Below are positions 1 through 12,728 of a stretch of 64,000 bases of DNA, piece by piece. Origin of the DNA: Deltaproteobacteria bacterium (GTDB taxonomy: Bacteria; Myxococcota_A; UBA9042; PHBI01); contig WYBB01000133.1 of NCBI GenBank assembly GCA_011526585.1, forward strand, positions 15 through 64,014, in the 5' to 3' direction. A program made the translations under genes and the position numbers. Each line of letters starts with the position of its first letter. Within the stretch, counting starts at the first letter, position 1. The notes below the pieces were generated by a model, which was not told where the DNA came from, searched no databases, and worked only from the letters and a program-made list of their open reading frames with translations.

Positions 1-1098
1 AAGCCGATCCGTGCGGTCTACCGCTCGCCGATCGAGCCGCGGCTCATCGTGGTCGACAAGGACAACGGCGGCAAGGCCGACGCGCTCAACGCCGGCATCA
101 ACGTAGCGCGCACCCCGCTCGTCTGCTGCGTCGACGCCGACTCGCTCATCGATCGCCGCGCGCTCCTGCGCATGGTCGAGCCCTTCATCTACGACCCGGT
201 CCAGACGGTCGCCGTCGGTGGCACCATCCGCCTCGCCAACGGCGCCTCGGTGCGCGACGGCCGCGTCACCGCCATCGCCTTGCCGCGCTCGTGGCTCGCG
301 CGCTTCCAGATCATCGAGTACCTGCGCGCCTTCCTCTTCGCTCGCCTCGGCCTGAACCGCCTCGGCGGCAACCTCATCATCTCGGGCGCGCTCGGCCTCT
401 TCCGTCGCGACATCGTCGTCGAGCTCGGCGGCTACGCGCGCGACACCGTCGGCGAGGACATGGAGCTCGTCGTGCGCATGCACAAGCACATGCGCAGGAA
501 GCGCACCGCCTACCGCATCTGCTACGTGCCCGATCCGGTCTGCTACACCGAGGCGCCCGAGGACATGAAGGTGCTCGGTCGCCAACGCCATCGCTGGCAG
601 CGCGGCCTCTTCGACAGCCTCCTCCGCCACCGCGACATGTTCCTGAACCCGCGCTACGGCGCGATCGGCCTCGTCGCCTTTCCGATGTTCGTGCTCTTCG
701 AGCTCTTCGCTCCGCTCATCGAGCTCTTCGGCTACCTCTATATGATCGTCGCGTCGCTCACCGGCGGTTTCGATCCGCTGGTGCTCGGGCTCTTCGTCCT
801 GCTCGCCTGGCTCGTCGGCTTCCTGATGTCGCTCCAGGCGATGGCCCTCGACGACCTCGGCTTCAACTCCTATCGCGGTCTCGCGACGCGCGCCAAGCTC
901 GTGCTCGCCGCCGCGCTCGAGAGCCTCGGCTATCGCCAGATCCTCCTCTGGCATCGTTTCAAGGGCATGTACGACTTCCTGCGCGGCGGGCACCTCTGGG
1001 GAGAGATGAAGCGCAAGGGCTTCGCCACGCCGCCGCCCGCCATCCCTTCACCCACCGCGCATGGCACCCGGCCGGCCGCATCGAAGAGCAGCCCATGA
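1..1098 (+). CDS. Family-2 glycosyltransferase, processive PgaC/IcaA/cellulose-synthase-like. The 5' end lies outside the window.
   Basis: The frame of ORF 49..1098 stays open back to base 1. Motifs seen: GGKADALNAG, CVDADS (DxD), GEDMEL, and QRHRWQRG (QxxRW of processive GT2). Hydrophobic helices follow at the C-terminus. Confidence 0.8.
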   Translation, partial: KPIRAVYRSPIEPRLIVVDKDNGGKADALNAGINVARTPLVCCVDADSLIDRRALLRMVEPFIYDPVQTVAVGGTIRLANGASVRDGRVTAIALPRSWLARFQIIEYLRAFLFARLGLNRLGGNLIISGALGLFRRDIVVELGGYARDTVGEDMELVVRMHKHMRRKRTAYRICYVPDPVCYTEAPEDMKVLGRQRHRWQRGLFDSLLRHRDMFLNPRYGAIGLVAFPMFVLFELFAPLIELFGYLYMIVASLTGGFDPLVLGLFVLLAWLVGFLMSLQAMALDDLGFNSYRGLATRAKLVLAAALESLGYRQILLWHRFKGMYDFLRGGHLWGEMKRKGFATPPPAIPSPTAHGTRPAASKSSP

Positions 1099-1157
1099 GG
1101 TCCGCGCTCACCGAGCTCGTCCACCCGCGTTTCTCACCGCGCTGGCGCCAGTGCCGT

Positions 1158-1187
1158 GTTGCCAACGTAGTGAACTACGTTGGCAAC
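1158..1187. terminator. Perfect 13-bp stem / 4-nt loop hairpin between convergent genes; candidate bidirectional terminator
   Basis: gttgccaacgtag-tgaa-ctacgttggcaac read directly. It lies between the stop at 1098 (+) and the stop at 1294 (-). There is no clear U-tract. Confidence 0.4.
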
Positions 1188-1293
1188 GCCATCGCGCCCG
1201 AGCCTCGGCGATCTGCGGAGGCACGAGGCGATGGGCCAGCACACGATGATCCGTCACGCGCCGAGCCTCGCCTGGAGGTTCAGGCGCTGATGC

Positions 1294-3399
1294 TCACCAG
1301 AAGCCCCACGAGGTCCACGACGGCTCACCCGCCGCGAAGCGGACGTACCAGGCGCCGTCGGCGGCCTTGTCGGGCAGCGGCATCTGGCCCGGCGTCACCA
1401 CGACGCCGTTGACCTCGATCGTGCGCGCCCACACCTCGGAGGCCTGCCAGCCCCAGAGCGCCCCGCTGACCTTGAACCAGCGCTCGCCCGTGCCGAGACC
1501 GCCGCTGTTCTGGTAGGGCCCGAGCGCGGTCGCGCCGAGGCACGCACCATCGCACACGAAGGCGGTTCCGGTGCCGCCGGTCGAGACGCCGCCCTCCTCA
1601 CCGCCGTCATCGTCGCCGCCCTCGTCGCCGTCGTCGCTCGGCGCCGGACAGGTGAGCCCGGCGAAGCGGAAGTCGTGCCACTCGGCGCTCGACGGCGCGT
1701 GGATGTGGTGCGCGAAGGTCTGGCCTTCGATGTTGCCGTTGGCGAAGTAGAGGTCGGTGCGCGGCGCGAGGATGCTGCCCTGGAGCGAGATGTTCTCGAC
1801 GTGCAGCGCGGCGGTGTCGACGTTGAAGAGCACGCGCGTCCTGTCGAGCCCGTTGAGGCCGATGTAGCTGCGGATCCACGCCTCGGCGCCCGAGACGTTG
1901 ACCAGCGCCGTCGAGCCGGCCGGCACGTTGAAGACGACGCCGTTGTTGCCCGAGCCGAGCAGGCTCGCGTCGACCGCGAAGACGTTGAGCGCCGGGTCCT
2001 GGCCGCTGAGGTGCAGCGTGCCCCACTGGTCCTGGGCCGTGCCGTTGGGGCTGAGCGCCATCAGCCGATCCTGCAGGTTGGCGAGCGCGCCGCACTGTCC
2101 CTGGAACCACGCCTGGAGCCCATCGTCCACCGCGACCTCGCCGCAGACATTGGCGTTGTCGGCCACGCCGAAGCTCGGCCCGACGACCGCGTCGCCGCGC
2201 ACCTCGCCGTTTTCGATCCCGCCGGCGACCGCCATCAGCGAGATCTCGCCGTTCTGGCCACACCAGTACCGGGTGTCGATGCCGACCGCGGCGAGCGACG
2301 CGACGCCGCCCACGCCCGCGGGGCCCTGCGTGTCCGCGCCGAGCACGAAGTCACCGCAGCTCATCACGTTGAACCAGCCGACCTCGCCGAAGTCGAGCGT
2401 CGCGCCCGCGGGGCAGCTCTCGCACGCCTCGGGATCGGTCGCCGAGCCGCCGCAGACGCCGCAGGCGTCCTCGACGTTGCCTTCGCAGTCGCACGCGTTA
2501 TCGGGCATCTCGCTGCAGCCGCAGGCGTAGATCGCGCCCGGCCCGCCGCACTCGCCGCACTCGTCGAGCACGTTGCCTTCGCAGTCGCACGCGTTATCGG
2601 GCATCTCGCTGCAGCCGCAGGCGAGGACCGCGCCCGGCCCACCGCACACGCCACACTCGTCCTTCACGTTGCCGGCGCAGTCGCAGGCCCCATCGGGGAT
2701 CCCGCCGCCGAAGCACTCCCCGCAGACGTCGCGGTCCGCCGCGAGGCACTCCACGCACTCCCCGGTGACTGGATCGCAGACGCCGCTCTCGCACTGACAC
2801 GCGCCGCAGCTCGGGTCGTCCTTGACGCACTCGGCGCCCTCGGCGCCGCAGACCCAGGTGCCTTCGCAGCCGTCGACGGTGCAGCCGGCGTCCTGTCCGC
2901 AGGTCGGCCCATCGACCCCGATCGTCGGTGCGCAGCTCGGCCCGCCCTTGACGTCGAAGGTGACGTTGCCGTCGCCGATCGGCAGGATCCCGGCGAAGGT
3001 CATGCACAGTCGGCGCACTTCGCCGTCGGCGAATCCGTCATCGAACTTGATGCCGTAGACCTGACAGGTCGGGTCGTAGGCGTCGTCGAGATCGTCGGCG
3101 TCGTAGCTCTTCGTGCCGCCACCGTGCGTGAGCGAGGTGACGGTCGCCGAGAGCGGCTCACAGGTGCCGAGCCCGACGACGAAGTGCGAGATCGCCTGGC
3201 GCGAGGGCGAGGTCACGTCCCAGCACGCGGTCGTCTGGCAGGCTCCGTCGTTGGTCGCATAGCTGGTGAGCGCGACGTCGTAGCCAGCGGCGGGATCCAC
3301 TTCGATGGCGTGCGCCATGGAGGTGAAGCCGCCGATCATGGCGGCGGTCAAGGACATACGAGGCAGGATCACGGCGAGGTGACGGTTGACAGAGCCCAT
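1294..3399 (-). CDS. Secreted multidomain protein: signal peptide, Cys-rich CDCxGNxxDxCGxCGG repeats, choice-of-anchor-A-like domain, C-terminal Trp-rich (carbohydrate-binding-like) domain
   Basis: Internal ATG at 3399 gives MGSVNRHLAVILPRMSLTAAMIGGFTSMAHA, a signal peptide. The longer ORF extending to 3714 has an Arg/Ser-rich, non-coding-looking N-terminus. The segment NVSGAEAWI...VLFNV...LQGSILAPRTDLYFANGNIEGQTFAH matches my recollection of the choice-of-anchor A family. Confidence 0.8.
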   Translation of the reverse strand: MGSVNRHLAVILPRMSLTAAMIGGFTSMAHAIEVDPAAGYDVALTSYATNDGACQTTACWDVTSPSRQAISHFVVGLGTCEPLSATVTSLTHGGGTKSYDADDLDDAYDPTCQVYGIKFDDGFADGEVRRLCMTFAGILPIGDGNVTFDVKGGPSCAPTIGVDGPTCGQDAGCTVDGCEGTWVCGAEGAECVKDDPSCGACQCESGVCDPVTGECVECLAADRDVCGECFGGGIPDGACDCAGNVKDECGVCGGPGAVLACGCSEMPDNACDCEGNVLDECGECGGPGAIYACGCSEMPDNACDCEGNVEDACGVCGGSATDPEACESCPAGATLDFGEVGWFNVMSCGDFVLGADTQGPAGVGGVASLAAVGIDTRYWCGQNGEISLMAVAGGIENGEVRGDAVVGPSFGVADNANVCGEVAVDDGLQAWFQGQCGALANLQDRLMALSPNGTAQDQWGTLHLSGQDPALNVFAVDASLLGSGNNGVVFNVPAGSTALVNVSGAEAWIRSYIGLNGLDRTRVLFNVDTAALHVENISLQGSILAPRTDLYFANGNIEGQTFAHHIHAPSSAEWHDFRFAGLTCPAPSDDGDEGGDDDGGEEGGVSTGGTGTAFVCDGACLGATALGPYQNSGGLGTGERWFKVSGALWGWQASEVWARTIEVNGVVVTPGQMPLPDKAADGAWYVRFAAGEPSWTSWGFW
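2475..2700. repeat. In-frame 96-bp tandem repeats (about 2.5 copies) encoding the 32-aa Cys-rich unit CGCSEMPDNACDCEGNVxDxCGxCGGPGA
   Basis: cgttgccttcgcagtcgcacgcgttatcgggcatctcgctgcagccgcaggcg occurs at 2475 and again at 2571. A degenerate copy starts at 2667. Confidence 0.8.
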
Positions 3400-3887
3400 G
3401 GGGCGCTCCTGGCGCTGACGCGCGAAGTGTCGGGGTGTGACGATGTGAGGATGTGGGAGTGTCGAGAAGTCAGACGCGGAAGGAGGGACACAGCGCGCGC
3501 AAGCGTGCCGCGACCTGGTCCAAGACAGGTCGGCGGCGACGTGCGCGCACGTCTCCGGGGATCGGATGTCGTTCGTGCTGAGGTCGAACGGGTCGACCAC
3601 GTAGCCGAGGTCGCGCCACCACGCATCGGCGCGAATGGAAGATGTCGGGAAGGAATGGGAAATGTCGCGCGAGCCGTCCGCAAGACGCATCGCCCGCTGC
3701 GATGGGCGAAGCATTCACAGAGCGTCGTGGTTTGTCAACCGTTGCGAAGCGCGACCTCGCGCACTCGCGTCGAGGCGCATGACGATCGCGCCTGCACGCG
3801 CCCTCCCCGGGGCCTCGTCCTGGCTCCCGGTGACGCCCGCGCGCGCAAACCCGGATTAGTTGCCAGCATTTCGTCGCGCTTTGAGGT

Positions 3888-5786
3888 ATGGAACGCGCCC
3901 AGGAGGCAGAGAAACTCATGGGCGAGACAGCATCGGTCGTGAAACCCCAGCGCGAGGAGCTCAGCGGGGTCACGATCCGCATCGCCGGCGACTCGGGCGA
4001 CGGCATCCAAGTCACCGGCTCACAGTTCACCAGCAACACGGCCTACGCCGGCTACGACCTCGCGACGCTGCCCGACTTCCCCGCGGAGATCCGGGCGCCC
4101 GCCGGCACGATGGCCGGGGTCTCGGCGTTCCAGATCCAGTTCGGCTCGACCGAGATCCTCACGCCGGGTGACGAGCCCGACGTGCTGGTCGCGATGAACC
4201 CGGCCGCGCTCAAGGCGAACCTCAAGGGGCTCCGCCGCGGCGCCGCCATCATCCTGAACCAGGACGCCATGGAAGAGCGCGCGATGGCGAAGGTCGGCTT
4301 CAAGACCGACCCGCGCGGCGACGGCACGCTCGACAGCTACCGCGTCATCGAGGTGCCGATCACCTCGCTCACGATGAAGGCGCTCGAGGGCTCGCCGCTG
4401 TCCAACCGCGAGAAGGAGCGCTGCAAGAACTTCTTCGCGCTCGGTCTCATGTTCTGGATGTTCGGCCGCTCGCCCGAGCGCACGAGCAAGTGGATCGAGG
4501 CCAAGTTCAAGTCCGAGCCGACGCTGGCCGAGGCCAACCAGGCCGCGCTCAAGGCCGGCCTGCACTTCGGCGACACCACCGACCTCTTCCACACGACCTA
4601 CACCGTGCCGCCGGCGCGCCTGGCCCCCGGCCTCTACCGGCAGATCACCGGCAACCAGGCGACCGCCTACGGCTTCATCGCCGGCGCGCAGCGCGCGGGG
4701 CTCACGCTCTTTCTCGGCAGCTACCCCATCACGCCGGCCAGCGACGTCCTGCACGAGCTGGCGTCGCTCAAGCACTTCGGCGTGCGCACCTTCCAGGCCG
4801 AGGACGAGATCGCCGCGGTCGCCTCGGCCATCGGCGCCTCCTTCGGCGGCGAGCTCGGGCTGACCACCACCAGCGGGCCAGGCCTGGCCCTCAAGTCCGA
4901 GGCGATCAACCTCGCGCTCATGGTCGAGCTGCCGCTGGTGATCGCCAACATCCAGCGCGGCGGTCCGAGCACCGGTCTGCCGACCAAGACCGAGCAGGCC
5001 GATCTGCTGCAGGCGCTCTTCGCGCGCAACGGCGAGAGCCCGGTCGCCGTCGTCGCCGCCGCCACGCCGTCGGACTGCTTCGCGATGGCGATCGAGGCGG
5101 TGCGCCTGGCGACGAAGTACATGACGCCGGTCATCTTCCTGTCCGACGGCTACATCGCCAACGGCGCCGAGCCGTGGCGCGTGCCCGAGGTCGACACGCT
5201 GCCCGACCTGCGCGTGCGCTTCGAGGCCGACCCCGCCGGCTTCACGCCCTATCGGCGCGACCCGGTGACGCTGGCCCGACCCTGGGTGCGCCCCGGCACG
5301 CCCGGGCTCGAGCACCGCATCGGCGGCCTCGAGAAGGAGGACGGCAGCGGCAACGTCTCGTACGACCCGGCCAACCACGAGCACATGGTGCGCCGCCGCG
5401 CCGACAAGATCGCCCGCATCGCCGACGACATCGTCGACGCCGAGCTCGACGGTCCCGACTCGGGCGAGCTCCTGCTCGTCGGCTGGGGCGGCACCTTCGG
5501 CGCGATCCGCCGCGCCACCATCGTGCTGCGCGAGCGCGGGATCGCCGCGAGCCACCTGCACCTGAGGCATCTGGCGCCGATGGCGAAGAACGTCGGGCCG
5601 ACGCTGTCGCGCTTCAAGACGGTGATCTGCTGCGAGCTCAACCTCGGCCAGCTACAGATGCTCCTGCGCGCGAAGCACCTCGTCGACGTCAAGGGGATCC
5701 ACAAGGTACAGGGCCAGCCCTTCCGCGTGTCGGAGCTGGTCGAGCGCGCGCTGGCGGTGCACGCCGGCGCCGCCGGGGAGGCGTGA
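3888..5786 (+). CDS. korA: 2-oxoglutarate/2-oxoacid:ferredoxin oxidoreductase subunit alpha
   Basis: N-terminus TIRIAGDSGDGIQVTGSQFT...PDFPAEIRAPAGT is typical of KorA. The beta subunit follows 1 nt downstream. An alternative ATG at 3918 is preceded by AGGAGG. Confidence 0.9.
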   Translation: MERAQEAEKLMGETASVVKPQREELSGVTIRIAGDSGDGIQVTGSQFTSNTAYAGYDLATLPDFPAEIRAPAGTMAGVSAFQIQFGSTEILTPGDEPDVLVAMNPAALKANLKGLRRGAAIILNQDAMEERAMAKVGFKTDPRGDGTLDSYRVIEVPITSLTMKALEGSPLSNREKERCKNFFALGLMFWMFGRSPERTSKWIEAKFKSEPTLAEANQAALKAGLHFGDTTDLFHTTYTVPPARLAPGLYRQITGNQATAYGFIAGAQRAGLTLFLGSYPITPASDVLHELASLKHFGVRTFQAEDEIAAVASAIGASFGGELGLTTTSGPGLALKSEAINLALMVELPLVIANIQRGGPSTGLPTKTEQADLLQALFARNGESPVAVVAAATPSDCFAMAIEAVRLATKYMTPVIFLSDGYIANGAEPWRVPEVDTLPDLRVRFEADPAGFTPYRRDPVTLARPWVRPGTPGLEHRIGGLEKEDGSGNVSYDPANHEHMVRRRADKIARIADDIVDAELDGPDSGELLLVGWGGTFGAIRRATIVLRERGIAASHLHLRHLAPMAKNVGPTLSRFKTVICCELNLGQLQMLLRAKHLVDVKGIHKVQGQPFRVSELVERALAVHAGAAGEA

Positions 5787-5787
5787 G

Positions 5788-6786
<999 letters not shown>

Positions 6787-6858
6787 CCGGCGCGCGCGTG
6801 GTCAAAGTCGCCAAGCGAGCGGCAATGGGATTAGAATGATGCGCACTGGAGGTGTTCC

Positions 6859-8217
6859 TTGCGCGTCACGACCGTCTCCCTCGCCCTGATCTCGATCGTC
6901 TCCTTCGGTCTCGCTTGCGGTGACGACGCGCTCGATCCGATCGCGCGCGACACGAGCCCCGAGGTGCTCCTGCCCGAGACGATCGTCGGGGACACGACGC
7001 CGGTCGACACGACCCCGGTCGATACGATGCCACCGCAGGACACGACCCCGGTCGACACGCGGCCGGCCGACACGACGCCGCCGCAGGACACGGTGCCGCC
7101 GCAGGACACGATGCCGGCGGACACGACGCCGCCGCAGGACACGACGCCGGCGGACACGACGCCGCCGCAGGACACGACGCCGGCGGACACGACGCCGCCG
7201 CAGGACACGACGCCGGCGGACACGACACCGCCGCAGGACACGACGCCGGCCGACACGACACCGGCCGACACGACGCCGGCCGACACGACGCCGGCCGACA
7301 CGACGCCGGCCGACACGACGCCGGCCGACACGGCCGACACCGACACCGGGCCGCAGGCCTGTCCCGATCCTTCGCGCGAGACCGTGGTCACACACTCGAG
7401 CATCTTCCGGCAGGTCAACTTCTCCGGCGCGCGGAACGACGTGCGCTTCGAGAGCGAGATGTGCGGCGATCCGCCCGACTCGGCCGAGCGCACCTATCGC
7501 TTCGAGCTCACGCAGCCGACCGAGATCTACACCGCCACCGACTGCGGCTGGGACTGCGAGCTCGTGCTCACGCGCGACGGCTGCGACGACCTCGACATCA
7601 TGGCGTGCGAGGCGACTATCGGCGAAGAGGCCTTCGGCCAGGTCTACAACGCCGGCACCTACCGCCTCTTCGTCGAGGGCGACGACCCCGAGGACGTCGC
7701 GCCCTTCGATCTCATGCTCAACATCCATCGCACCGCCGGCCAGAGCCCGTGTCAGGCGCAGGCCCTCGACGTCGTCACGGCGGGCAACTGCGTCGATCCC
7801 TTCGCCGGTAGTCCGCGCTACGAGCTCGGCGTCAGCGGACAGACCCAGGCGAGCGACGTCGACGACTTCTTCGTGCAGGACGTAGACGGCTGCACCCACG
7901 ACGGTGACCACATCGGCGGTGCCCCCGACCGCGTCTATTCGTTCACCCTGCCCGGCACGCGCGAGGTCGAGGTCACGCTCTCCCCCGATGGCTGGGACGC
8001 GCTCCTCTACGTGACCGGCTCGCCCTGCGGCGCGCGCAGCCAGGTCGAGGCCTGCTCGGACAGCCTCATCGGCTCGAGCGAGACGGTCTCGCTGACCTTG
8101 CCCGCCGGCACCTGGTACATCGTCGTCGACGGCTTCGGGGAAGAGACCTTCTCGGGCGGCGCCTCCGGGCCCTTCGACCTGTCGATCCTCGTCTTCGACG
8201 ACGCCTGCGACGAGTGA
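6859..8217 (+). CDS. Lipoprotein with a long Pro/Thr-rich tandem-repeat linker and two Cys-containing beta-sandwich (PPC-like) domains
   Basis: TTG start sits 4-5 nt after GGAGGTG. The lipobox is SFGLAC-GDD. The stop overlaps the next gene's start (GTGA at 8214-8217). Confidence 0.75.
   Translation: MRVTTVSLALISIVSFGLACGDDALDPIARDTSPEVLLPETIVGDTTPVDTTPVDTMPPQDTTPVDTRPADTTPPQDTVPPQDTMPADTTPPQDTTPADTTPPQDTTPADTTPPQDTTPADTTPPQDTTPADTTPADTTPADTTPADTTPADTTPADTADTDTGPQACPDPSRETVVTHSSIFRQVNFSGARNDVRFESEMCGDPPDSAERTYRFELTQPTEIYTATDCGWDCELVLTRDGCDDLDIMACEATIGEEAFGQVYNAGTYRLFVEGDDPEDVAPFDLMLNIHRTAGQSPCQAQALDVVTAGNCVDPFAGSPRYELGVSGQTQASDVDDFFVQDVDGCTHDGDHIGGAPDRVYSFTLPGTREVEVTLSPDGWDALLYVTGSPCGARSQVEACSDSLIGSSETVSLTLPAGTWYIVVDGFGEETFSGGASGPFDLSILVFDDACDE
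6991..7347. repeat. Coding tandem repeats: 33-bp units (DTTPPQDTTPA, about 4 copies) followed by 15-bp units (DTTPA, about 6 copies)
   Basis: Read directly: repeated gacacgacgccgccgcaggacacgacgccggcg, then ccggccgacacgacg. Confidence 0.9.
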
Positions 8218-9053
8218 GCGCCGGTCCGCCCGCCCCAGGCGATCGTCGCGCCGCGCTCGAGGCGCTGTGGCGTCAGGGCCGCAGTGCGTGGCCCGCGCTC
8301 GAGCTCGGGCTCGATGCGTTCATCGCCTGGGTGGAGTCGCGCTTGCCCGCCGCTCAGGATCCGAGCCAGCTCGTCGCCGCCGACCTCTACCTGAGCGTCG
8401 CCTGCCTCTGCGGTGTACCCGGTGCGGCCGCGGCCTTCGTCGACGGGCCGCTCGCCGCGACCGAGCGGCATCTCGACACGATCCTCCGGAGCCCGGAGGC
8501 GCGCCAGGAGCACCTCCAGGCGCTCGCGGTCTTCCTGCTCGCCCCCGACCCGACGGGCGCCGAGCCGCGGCTGGCCCAGTACAGCGGCCGCGGCGCGCTC
8601 GCGGTGTGGCTGCGCATGACCGCCACCCGCCGCGCGCTCAACCTCGAGCGCGGCAAGAAGAAGGTCGTCAGCCTCGACGACACCGCTCCCGATCGACTCG
8701 CCCAGATCGCCGACTCCGACCCCGAGCTCTCCGTCTTGCGGCGTCGTCACAAGGACGAGATCGCCGCGATCTTCCGCGAGGCCACCGCCGCCACCCCGGC
8801 CGACGAGCGCGTGCTCTTGCGCCTGCACTACGTGCAGGGCTCGACCCTCAACGAGCTCGCCGCGCTCTACCACACGAGCCGCTCATCGCTGCATCGCCGC
8901 ATCGAGGCGGCGCGCGAGGCGCTGATGGCGCGGATCGCCAGCCTGGTCAAAGCGCGCATGCGCATCGATCAAAGCCAGCAGGGCAGCATGCTGCAGATCT
9001 TCCAGAGCGACCTGCGCGAACAGTTGCGCCTCATGCTCCGCGACGAGGCCTGA
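8214..9053 (+). CDS. Sigma-70 family, ECF-like sigma factor of the kinase-associated type
   Basis: Region-4-like HTH: RVLLRLHYVQGSTLNELAALYHTSRSSLHRRIEAAREAL. Region-2-like segment: GRGALAVWLRMTATRRALN. A Ser/Thr kinase lies downstream in place of a classical anti-sigma factor. Confidence 0.7.
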   Translation: MSAGPPAPGDRRAALEALWRQGRSAWPALELGLDAFIAWVESRLPAAQDPSQLVAADLYLSVACLCGVPGAAAAFVDGPLAATERHLDTILRSPEARQEHLQALAVFLLAPDPTGAEPRLAQYSGRGALAVWLRMTATRRALNLERGKKKVVSLDDTAPDRLAQIADSDPELSVLRRRHKDEIAAIFREATAATPADERVLLRLHYVQGSTLNELAALYHTSRSSLHRRIEAAREALMARIASLVKARMRIDQSQQGSMLQIFQSDLREQLRLMLRDEA

Positions 9054-9147
9054 AAAAAAATCGTCGGCCGCCTGGGACGGTGTGGCCTCGTCGTGTCCCC
9101 CCACTGAACGCGACGGAAGTCGCTCACGAACCAAGCGAGGACAGGAC

Positions 9148-9339
9148 ATGCTCAAGGTGAAGTCGAACGTGAAGGCGGGCGGGCTCAGCGTGATCAACCA
9201 CGGCCAGAAGCTCAAGGTGAAGTCGAATGTGAAGGCGGGCGGGCTCCGCGCGCACAACCACGGCCAGAAGCTCAAGGTGAAGTCGAACGTGAAGGCGGGC
9301 GGGCTCAGCGTGATCAACCACGGCCAGCGCCTCGCCTGA
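9148..9339 (+). CDS. 63-aa Lys-rich peptide built of three 20-aa tandem units (KLKVKSNVKAGGLxxxNHGQ)
   Basis: The ATG at 9148 is preceded by GAGGA. GC3 is high. One repeat copy differs by a synonymous AAC/AAT change plus a 3-codon substitution. The longer ORF from 9082 adds a non-coding-looking N-terminus. Confidence 0.55.
   Translation: MLKVKSNVKAGGLSVINHGQKLKVKSNVKAGGLRAHNHGQKLKVKSNVKAGGLSVINHGQRLA
9151..9330. repeat. Three near-perfect 60-bp direct repeats (in-frame, coding)
   Basis: ctcaaggtgaagtcgaaYgtgaaggcgggcgggctc... starts at 9151, 9211 and 9271. Confidence 0.95.
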
Positions 9340-9405
9340 GGCGGCGTCGCATCGGCGTGGCGGCCGGGTACGAGGCCCGCCCCTACCGAGCCATGGTGTC
9401 TCGTA

Positions 9406-9426
9406 GGGCGGCCCTCGTGGCCGCCC
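9406..9426. terminator. GC hairpin gggcggcc-ctcgt-ggccgccc downstream of the repeat-peptide gene; copy A of a REP-like element
   Basis: An 8-bp perfect stem read directly. The 19-mer cggccctcgtggccgcccg recurs at 39339-39357. Confidence 0.4.
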
Positions 9427-9519
9427 GGGCGCCATCCGGCGCGCTCGTATTGATCCGCGGCGCGCTCCCATTCATGCTCGGCTCGTCTCGATGATGCGTC
9501 CAGCCGTCACCCCAGCTCC

Positions 9520-12654
<3,135 letters not shown>

Positions 12655-12728
12655 CCCTGAGCGGCCGTCCTCCGAGGTGCCTTCGCGATCTCCCAGGCGC
12701 GCGCCGCGCTGTGCCTCACCATCTCAGG

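Noticed and set aside
9051-9060. An A8 run immediately at and after the sigma gene stop codon (tgaaaaaaaa), as a slippery or phase-variable tract
   Set aside because: It lies after the stop codon and so cannot shift the sigma reading frame. It may simply be part of an intergenic AT patch, and I see no supporting evidence for a function.
9151-9330. Possible mini-CRISPR array or non-coding tandem repeat
   Set aside because: The 60-bp units are contiguous with no spacers. They are in frame with an ATG and RBS, and they differ by a synonymous change. No cas genes are in the window.
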